This document shows positions 48,093 to 54,623 of a DNA stretch of 54,623 bases, piece after piece. This DNA comes from Clostridia bacterium (GTDB taxonomy: Bacteria > Bacillota > Clostridia > Oscillospirales > CAG-272). How positions within the stretch are numbered: the stretch's first letter is position 1; the number at the start of each line of letters is the position of its first letter. The notes under the pieces were generated by a model. The model made no database searches. It was not told where the DNA came from and was given only the letters and a program-made list of their open reading frames with translations. A program made the translations under genes and the position numbers. The stretch is from contig JAFTTT010000064.1 of the NCBI GenBank assembly GCA_017466625.1, positions 1-54,623 of the forward strand. The letters run 5' to 3'.

Positions 48093-49205
48093 TCAGTTCG
48101 TTGCGTCGGGAGCGCTCGTATCGGGTGCGGGAGTTTCAAGCGGTGCGCGGGTACCGGTCTCAAGTGTGACCGTTACGATAAATCCGTTCATATTATCACC
48201 GCTTACCGTATAGGGACGGTTTTCCGGCACGGGAAGTCGAAGCGTTCCTTCCTCAGGTGCTTCAACGTAGTATACCTGATAGGTATTTCCGTCCTTGCTT
48301 TCAAGAGTGTAGCTGTTCGTCACGCCGTTGTGGTCCGCGGCAAGCTTCGAAAGATACTCTTCAAGGCAAAGCTCATTCTGATACATATACTCCGCGTGGG
48401 GCATTCCCACGTAACGGAGTTGCCACGGCTCTGCATAGCCGACGATATTTTTCTTGTCGCTCGGTGCGCGGAAGATGAAGCCGTACTCGTGTGCATGCTC
48501 CTTTATCCACTTCGGCTCACTTGCGGTCGTGATATTTACCGTCTTTCCCGTTTCGGAATTATAGCCGTTGAAACGGAAGGTCGCACCGCTGTGCCAGTCG
48601 CTCGCGCCTGCGGGAGTATCTGTCTGTCCCTTATCAAAGAGGTTCTTCTGCGAATCAAAATCGTAATACGCCTTATTGATGTTCAGATACTTATATTTGG
48701 TCACGATATAGAAATCGTCCATCATTTCGTTGAGCGCAACTACCGCGTCGTACTTCAGCATGTGGGTCGATTTCGATATCTGATATGACTTCGTGCTCGG
48801 GCGGTTCTCATAAAGAGAGGCAAGGAGATCGTCTTCCTTGAAGCCGTAAAGATGCTCTTCATTTATAAGCTGGAGAAGTCCGAGCTTGAGCCCCTCTCTA
48901 TCCTTATTTATAAAGGTCATCTTAAGGGTGTCGTCGGATTCCGAAGTATCGGGCGTATCATCTCCCTTTCCGTCCGTCGTTGTGCTGCCGTCGGTAGTCA
49001 CCGCCGGGGGGTCGATCTTCGGCTTATCGCCGCCCTTTTTGTCGGCGAAAAGTCCCGTTCCCGTTACCGACATAATGAATATCACGACAAACGCGATTAT
49101 CACCGCCGTCATTACAAGCACGAGTGCCGTGCGGACCGGATTTGGCTTATTCTGATTCTTGTAGCTTCTGATCGGAGCGGATCCGAAGTCATTACCGTTA
49201 TTCAT
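48093..49205 (-). CDS. Membrane-anchored M15-family (VanY-like) D-alanyl-D-alanine carboxypeptidase
   Basis: 370-aa ORF. N-terminal TM helix and a Thr/Asp-rich linker. Motifs SDWHSG and EPWQLRYVG.PHA typical of peptidase M15B. Confidence 0.7.
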   Translation of the reverse strand: MNNGNDFGSAPIRSYKNQNKPNPVRTALVLVMTAVIIAFVVIFIMSVTGTGLFADKKGGDKPKIDPPAVTTDGSTTTDGKGDDTPDTSESDDTLKMTFINKDREGLKLGLLQLINEEHLYGFKEDDLLASLYENRPSTKSYQISKSTHMLKYDAVVALNEMMDDFYIVTKYKYLNINKAYYDFDSQKNLFDKGQTDTPAGASDWHSGATFRFNGYNSETGKTVNITTASEPKWIKEHAHEYGFIFRAPSDKKNIVGYAEPWQLRYVGMPHAEYMYQNELCLEEYLSKLAADHNGVTNSYTLESKDGNTYQVYYVEAPEEGTLRLPVPENRPYTVSGDNMNGFIVTVTLETGTRAPLETPAPDTSAPDATN

Positions 49206-49225
49206 ACAGTATGCCTTTCAGGTGA

Positions 49226-50320
49226 TTATTTGTAGTTTGAAATGCTCTCCGAGATCTTAAGGAGCTTTTCAACTTCCTTCGTTCTCATATCGCAGAATTC
49301 CTTCATCTCCGCCTGTCTTTCGGGAGAGTAGTTATTAAGCGCCTCGGGAGCGGACATTCCGGGAGTAAAGGTGCTCTTATAGAGCTTGTCTATAACGATC
49401 GCCTCCTGGATGTCGGTTGCAACCATCTCGCCGTCGCGCTCGCAGACGAACACGTTTTCCTTGCCCTCGAGGAGGAAGTCAACTGCCGCAACACCCATCT
49501 TTGCCGCGAGAACACGGTCGCGAAGTGTGGGCGAGCCGCCGCGGACGATGTGTGCAAGGCGTGCGAACTTGGTCTCAACGCCGGTCTCGGTCTGGATACG
49601 CTTAGCAAGGCCCTCTGCGTAGTTATCAACGCCCTCTGCTACGATGACGATGAAGTTACGCTTGCCTGCCTCGCGTGCGACCTTGATCTTCTCAATTACG
49701 TTTGCTTCGTTATAGTTTGCGTCCTCGAGAACGACGACTGCCGTTGCGCCGAGCGCGATAGAGGTCTCGAGTGCGATGTATCCCGCGTTTCTTCCCATGA
49801 CCTCAACGACGTTACATCTTGCGTGAGACTCGCAGGTATCGCGGAGACGGTCAACTGCCTCGATTACGGTATTCATTGCCGTATCGTAGCCGATGGAGTT
49901 ATCAGTGCAGGTGATGTCGTTATCGATCGTTCCGGGGATGCCGATACAGGGAATTCCGTGTTTGCAGAGATCGGATGCGCCTCTGAAGGTGCCGTCGCCG
50001 CCGATGGTTACGATACCGTCGATTCCGAACTCGTGGCAGGTGTCGACTGCCTTCTGAATGTATTCTTCCTGTTTGAACTCAACGCAGCGTGCGGAATAGA
50101 GAACGGTACCGCCTATGTTGAGGATGTTTGCTACGTCGTGGGGAGCGAACTTCTTGATGCTTCCCTTTCCCTCGATGAGCCCCTTGTAGCCCTCGTAGAT
50201 ACCGTATACCTCAAGCCCCTTGTTAAGAGCGTATCTCGTTACGGCTCTGACTGCCGCGTTCATTCCGGGAGCGTCGCCGCCCGAGGTAAGTATTCCTATT
50301 TTCTTAAACTGCTTTGCCAT
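49226..50320 (-). CDS. pfkA: ATP-dependent 6-phosphofructokinase
   Basis: 364-aa ORF. Motifs GILTSGGDAPGMNAA, TIGGDGT, PGTIDND, MGR..G.IAL. C-terminal extension of about 40 aa. Confidence 0.9.
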   Translation of the reverse strand: MAKQFKKIGILTSGGDAPGMNAAVRAVTRYALNKGLEVYGIYEGYKGLIEGKGSIKKFAPHDVANILNIGGTVLYSARCVEFKQEEYIQKAVDTCHEFGIDGIVTIGGDGTFRGASDLCKHGIPCIGIPGTIDNDITCTDNSIGYDTAMNTVIEAVDRLRDTCESHARCNVVEVMGRNAGYIALETSIALGATAVVVLEDANYNEANVIEKIKVAREAGKRNFIVIVAEGVDNYAEGLAKRIQTETGVETKFARLAHIVRGGSPTLRDRVLAAKMGVAAVDFLLEGKENVFVCERDGEMVATDIQEAIVIDKLYKSTFTPGMSAPEALNNYSPERQAEMKEFCDMRTKEVEKLLKISESISNYK

Positions 50321-50544
50321 TGTTATTCTCCTTTATGCCGTTAGTATTGCCAATTTATAGATATGATAATACATTTTCCCAAAAAAATCAATATAAAATC
50401 TGTAAATATTACCTTCCAAAACGAATTCTCGCCGGCAAACGAAACTTTACAATATATATAATTACCAAATTACCCTCATTTGACCTCAATTTATGTGCAA
50501 AAAATGTGCAGTCTGCCGAAAATACGGTATAAATGAATATCTTA

Positions 50545-50573
50545 TTGACAAAAATCAAAAAAGGTTGTAAAAT
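50545..50573 (+). promoter_or_regulatory. Putative sigma-A promoter of the str operon
   Basis: TTGACA (50545-50550), 17 nt, TAAAAT (50568-50573). Confidence 0.5.
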
Positions 50574-50636
50574 AGACTATGTCTGGTAAAATGCTTATCC
50601 GACGACAAACAAATACTAAAGAAAAGGAGGTGCGGT

Positions 50637-51050
50637 ATGCCAACTTTTAACCAGCTCGTTAAGCACGGCCGCTCGGAAAAGAACTACAAGTCGAAGTCCC
50701 CTGTTCTTCAGCACGGATTCAACACTCTTTCCGGAAAGCAGACCGATCTTAGCTCCCCGCAAAAGAGAGGCGTTTGCACAAAGGTAACCACCACGAGCCC
50801 TAAGAAGCCGAACTCTGCTCTTCGTAAGATAGCGAGAGTACGTCTTACCAACGGTCTCGAGGCAACGACTTATATCCCCGGTATCGGACATAACCTTCAG
50901 GAACACTCGGTTGTCCTTATCCGCGGAGGAAGAGTACGTGACCTCCCCGGTGTACGTTACCACATCATTCGCGGTGCGCTTGACGCTCAGGGCGTTGCAA
51001 ACCGTAAGCAGAGCCGTTCCAAGTACGGCGCTAAGAGAGCTAAGAAGTAA
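50637..51050 (+). CDS. rpsL: 30S ribosomal protein S12
   Basis: 137-aa ORF. Motifs MPTFNQL..., [15 protein letters not shown] and [12 protein letters not shown]. Confidence 0.95.
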   Translation: MPTFNQLVKHGRSEKNYKSKSPVLQHGFNTLSGKQTDLSSPQKRGVCTKVTTTSPKKPNSALRKIARVRLTNGLEATTYIPGIGHNLQEHSVVLIRGGRVRDLPGVRYHIIRGALDAQGVANRKQSRSKYGAKRAKK

Positions 51051-51214
51051 TTTCCGCTCTCATCTCGACCGCCGAAAGGTGATATTGTTCGGCGGAGATC
51101 GTTTGTTTGTCAGTTGAGAATATATAAATTATTCCGATATCTGACGAGCACAAACGAAGAAATTTATTTTCGAGTACCTGTGATATCATATTTTTAATGA
51201 AGGAGGGAAGTACA

Positions 51215-51685
51215 GTGCCGAGAAGAGGTCAGATATCAAAAAGAGACGTCCTGCCGGATCCGCTTTACAATTCCAAGCTTGTTACCAAGCTTATCAATAA
51301 CGTAATGCTTGACGGTAAGAAGGGCGTTGCACAGAAGATCGTCTACGACGCATTTAAGGTTGTTGAGGAGAAGTCGGGAAAGAATGCTCTTGAAGCGTTC
51401 ACCACCGCACTTGACAACATAATGCCCGTTCTTGAGGTTAAGGCAAGACGTGTAGGCGGTTCTACCTATCAGGTTCCTATGGACGTTCGCCCCGAGAGAC
51501 GTCAGACTCTTGGACTCCGTTGGCTCGTTAACTATTCGAGAAGCCGCGGTGAGAAGACCATGGCAGACCGTCTTGCTGCTGAGATCGTTGATGCTATAAA
51601 CGGCGTCGGCGGAGCAGTTAAGAAGCGCGAGGAAACGCACAGAATGGCTGAAGCCAACAAGGCGTTCGCTCACTACAAGTATTGA
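51215..51685 (+). CDS. rpsG: 30S ribosomal protein S7
   Basis: GTG 51215 ([20 protein letters not shown]) follows AGGAGGGAAG. The track ORF starts 6 codons earlier inside the RBS. 156 aa. Confidence 0.9.
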   Translation: MPRRGQISKRDVLPDPLYNSKLVTKLINNVMLDGKKGVAQKIVYDAFKVVEEKSGKNALEAFTTALDNIMPVLEVKARRVGGSTYQVPMDVRPERRQTLGLRWLVNYSRSRGEKTMADRLAAEIVDAINGVGGAVKKREETHRMAEANKAFAHYKY

Positions 51686-51733
51686 TGATTTGTTGATTCC
51701 GATAAATTTCGGAATAAGATTAAGGAGAATCAA

Positions 51734-53806
51734 ATGCCAAGAGAATACCCTTTGGAAAGAACCAGAAACATCGGTATCATGGCGCACATCGACGCAGGTA
51801 AGACTACTACCACCGAGCGTATCCTGTTCTACACAGGTAAGACCCACAAGATGGGTGAAACGCACGACGGCGGTGCTACCATGGACTGGATGGCTCAGGA
51901 GCAGGAGCGCGGAATCACCATCACCTCCGCAGCTACTACCTGTTTCTGGAAGGACAACCGAATCAATATCATAGACACCCCCGGATACGTTGACTTCACC
52001 GTTGAAGTTGAGCGTTCGCTTCGTGTTCTTGACGGTTCGGTTACCGTTTTCTGCGCTAAGGGCGGTGTTGAGCCACAGTCCGAGACCGTTTGGCGTCAGG
52101 CCGATCAGTACGGCGTTCCCCGCATGGCGTATGTAAACAAGATGGACGTTATGGGCGCAGACTTCTACCGTGTCGTTGACATGATGAAGACCCGCCTTAA
52201 GACTAATCCCGTTCCGATTCAGCTTCCTATAGGTGCTGAGGATACCTTCAAGGGTATCATCGACCTTATGAACATGGAAGCAGACGTATATTACGACGAT
52301 ATGGGTAAGGACATGCGTGTCGAGCCCATTCCGGCTGATATGCTTGATAAGGCGCAGGAATATCACGATGCAATGGTTGAAGCAATCGCTTCTACCGACG
52401 ATGACCTTATGATGAAGTACCTTGAGGGCGAGGAGATCACGGTCGACGAGCTCAAGGTTGCTCTCCGTAAGGCGACCATCGCAAACGAGCTCGTTCCCGT
52501 TTGCTGTGGAACTTCTTATAAGAATAAGGGAGTACAGAAGCTCCTCGATGCTGTCATCGACTTCATGCCCTCTCCTCTCGACATTCCCGCTATCAAGGGT
52601 GTAAACCCCGATACCGACGAGCCCGACGAGAGAAAGGCATCCGATGACGAGCCCTTCGCAGCACTCGCATTTAAGATCATGACCGACCCGTTCGTCGGAA
52701 AGCTTTGCTTCTTCCGCGTTTACTCGGGTACACTTGAAGCAGGTATGACCGCTTACAACCCCGAGAAGAAGTCGAGAGAGCGTTTCGGCCGTATTCTTCA
52801 GATGCACGCTAACGAGCGTAAGGATATTGATAAGGTTTATGCAGGCGACATCGCAGCACTTATCGGTACCAAGAATACCACTACCGGTGACACCCTCTGT
52901 GACGAGAATCATCCTATCATTCTCGAGCAGATGGTATTCCCCGATCCCGTTATTAACGTAGCTATCGAGCCGAAGACCAAGGCAGGTCAGGAAAAGATGG
53001 GTATCGCCCTTGCGAAGCTCGCAGAGGAAGACCCCACGTTCCGTACCCACACTGACGAGGAAACCGGACAGACGATCATCGCAGGTATGGGCGAGCTCCA
53101 CCTCGAGATCATCGTTGACCGTCTCCTTCGTGAGTTCAAGGTCGAGGCAAACGTAGGTGCGCCTCAGGTTTCCTACAAGGAGACCATCCGTCAGGAAGCT
53201 ACCGTCGATACCAAGTACGCCCGTCAGTCGGGTGGTAAGGGTCAGTACGGTCACGTTAAGCTCACTATCTCCCCGAACGAGCCCGGTGCAGGTTACGTCT
53301 TTGAGAATACCGTCGTCGGCGGTGCTATTCCGAAGGAATACATTCCCGCTGTTGACGCAGGTATCCAGGGCGCTATGCAGAACGGTGTAGTTGCAGGTTA
53401 TAGCGTTGTTGACGTTAAGGTTAACCTCTTCGACGGTTCTTACCACGAAGTCGACTCTTCCGAAATGGCATTCAAGATCGCCGGCTCTATGGCGTTCAAG
53501 GAAGCTATGAGAAAGGCAGACCCCGTGCTCACCGAGCCGATCATGAAGGTCGTTATCACTACTCCTGACGACTACATGGGCGACGTAATCGGCAGCGTTA
53601 ACTCCCGCCGCGGTAACATCGTTTCGATGGATCCCGTTGCAGGTGCTACCCAGATCACCGCTCACGTTCCGCTTTCCGAAATGTTCGGATATGCAACCAA
53701 CCTCCGCTCCATGACTCAGGGACGCGGACACTACTCGATGGAGCCCAGCCACTTCGCAGAAGTGCCGAAGTCCATCCAGGAAAAGATCATTGCCGGCAGA
53801 AAGTAA
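51734..53806 (+). CDS. fusA: Elongation factor G
   Basis: 690-aa ORF. Motifs [33 protein letters not shown]. Confidence 0.95.
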   Translation: MPREYPLERTRNIGIMAHIDAGKTTTTERILFYTGKTHKMGETHDGGATMDWMAQEQERGITITSAATTCFWKDNRINIIDTPGYVDFTVEVERSLRVLDGSVTVFCAKGGVEPQSETVWRQADQYGVPRMAYVNKMDVMGADFYRVVDMMKTRLKTNPVPIQLPIGAEDTFKGIIDLMNMEADVYYDDMGKDMRVEPIPADMLDKAQEYHDAMVEAIASTDDDLMMKYLEGEEITVDELKVALRKATIANELVPVCCGTSYKNKGVQKLLDAVIDFMPSPLDIPAIKGVNPDTDEPDERKASDDEPFAALAFKIMTDPFVGKLCFFRVYSGTLEAGMTAYNPEKKSRERFGRILQMHANERKDIDKVYAGDIAALIGTKNTTTGDTLCDENHPIILEQMVFPDPVINVAIEPKTKAGQEKMGIALAKLAEEDPTFRTHTDEETGQTIIAGMGELHLEIIVDRLLREFKVEANVGAPQVSYKETIRQEATVDTKYARQSGGKGQYGHVKLTISPNEPGAGYVFENTVVGGAIPKEYIPAVDAGIQGAMQNGVVAGYSVVDVKVNLFDGSYHEVDSSEMAFKIAGSMAFKEAMRKADPVLTEPIMKVVITTPDDYMGDVIGSVNSRRGNIVSMDPVAGATQITAHVPLSEMFGYATNLRSMTQGRGHYSMEPSHFAEVPKSIQEKIIAGRK

Positions 53807-53872
53807 GTCGGTTCTGATAAATAAAAACAAAAACAAAAAAATTAAATTTTTATTAAACGGAGGATATTAACA

Positions 53873-54623
53873 ATGGCAAAGGCAAAATTTGAAAGAACCA
53901 AACCCCATGTTAATATCGGTACCATCGGTCACGTTGACCATGGCAAGACCACCCTTACCGCAGCTATCACCAAGTACCTTTCTCTCGGAAACGGCGCAGA
54001 GTTCATGGCTTATGACCAGATCGACAACGCTCCCGAGGAAAGAGCTCGTGGTATCACAATCAACACCCGTCACGTTGAGTACGAGACCGCTAACCGTCAC
54101 TACGCTCACGTTGACTGCCCCGGACATGCTGACTACGTTAAGAACATGATCACCGGTGCTGCTCAGATGGACGGCGCTATCCTCGTTGTTGCAGGTACTG
54201 ACGGCCCTCTCGCTCAGACCCGCGAGCACGTTCTTCTCGCTCGTCAGGTTGAAGTTCCGCAGCTTGTTGTATTCATGAACAAGACCGACCTCGTTGACGA
54301 CGCTGAGCTTCTCGACCTCGTTGAGATGGAAATTCGTGACCTTCTCTCTTCCTACGACTTCGACGGTGACAATGTACCGATCATTCGTGGTTCCGCTCGT
54401 GACGCTCTTACCTCTGCTAACACCGATCCTTCTGCTCCTGAGTACGCTTGCATCGCTGAGCTTATGGACGCTGTTGACGAGTACATTCCTACTCCTGAGA
54501 GAAAGGCAGACCTCGACTTCCTTATGACCGTCGACGACGTATTCTCCATCTCCGGCCGTGGTACAGTTGCTACAGGTAGAGTTGAGAGAGGTACAGTTAA
54601 GGTTGGCGACGTTGTTGAAATCG
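53873..54623 (+). CDS. tuf: Elongation factor Tu, partial (3' end beyond the window)
   Basis: Not in the track (no stop). ATG 53873 follows GGAGGA. My translation [33 protein letters not shown]...DCPGHADY...NKTD stays open to the window edge. Confidence 0.9.
   Translation, partial: MAKAKFERTKPHVNIGTIGHVDHGKTTLTAAITKYLSLGNGAEFMAYDQIDNAPEERARGITINTRHVEYETANRHYAHVDCPGHADYVKNMITGAAQMDGAILVVAGTDGPLAQTREHVLLARQVEVPQLVVFMNKTDLVDDAELLDLVEMEIRDLLSSYDFDGDNVPIIRGSARDALTSANTDPSAPEYACIAELMDAVDEYIPTPERKADLDFLMTVDDVFSISGRGTVATGRVERGTVKVGDVVEI

Noticed and set aside
47966-48169. Small ORFs inside the long repeat (MGSKYQMHGWQVGLKRTCAQPV...; counterpart 19244..19435; alternative frames 48016..48213 and 19170..19385)
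   Set aside because: There is no Shine-Dalgarno. Three of the four nucleotide differences between copies in this frame are non-synonymous. Similarity ends exactly at the terminator hairpin and two frames are equally open. Conservation is better explained at the nucleotide or structure level.
51236-53836. 866-aa stop-free ORF on the minus strand
   Set aside because: It lies exactly antisense to rpsG and fusA, whose identities are unambiguous. The translation is low-complexity with no motifs and no RBS. Avoidance of TTA/CTA/TCA codons in these highly expressed genes removes antisense stops, so this is a shadow ORF.

Overview
54.6-kb chromosomal window, apparently from a Clostridia-class Firmicute. 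Supporting signs are the rplU-prp-rpmA operon with an L27 propeptide, the rpsL-rpsG-fusA-tuf str operon, lipobox lipoproteins, and about 50-55% GC coding DNA whose codon bias produces very long stop-free antisense frames. Left to right: (1) a minus-strand surface-polysaccharide operon with WbpA/B/D/E-like enzymes for a 2,3-diacetamido uronic acid sugar plus a GT4 transferase; (2) a TauE/SafE permease; (3) a glycan-degradation cluster (GH2 beta-mannosidase-like, GH172/DUF2961, DUF4091 lipoprotein, GH127, AraC regulator) interrupted by a 1.2-kb low-GC islet holding an XRE regulator and two small envelope proteins; (4) trkA/trkH and tspO; (5) a tightly packed minus-strand Dlt-like operon (adenylation enzyme with an in-frame TGA, carrier protein, MBOAT, SGNH-like protein) fused to an AsnB-type amidotransferase and a transglutaminase-like lipoprotein; (6) dxs, a GNAT gene, an ABC-2 exporter and an Rrf2 regulator with a split ThrE-like exporter; (7) a 2350-aa cyclic beta-1,2-glucan synthase-like giant (GT84 + GH94) heading a plus-strand string with two M16 peptidases, lgt and folD; (8) rplU-prp-rpmA, an M15 peptidase, pfkA and the str operon. 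I recognised no transposase, integrase, phage, CRISPR, tRNA, rRNA or known defence gene. The most interesting signal is noncoding. Three intergenic gaps (19.1-19.7 kb, 32.9-33.1 kb, 47.6-48.1 kb) carry a mosaic repeat family. Two inverted copies of about 400-450 nt have near-identical ends, a variable hairpin core and their own terminator. A two-hairpin module occurs four times with compensatory stem changes. I cannot assign it to any RNA or IS family I know. All functions are inferred by eye from motifs in the translations; no searches were run.
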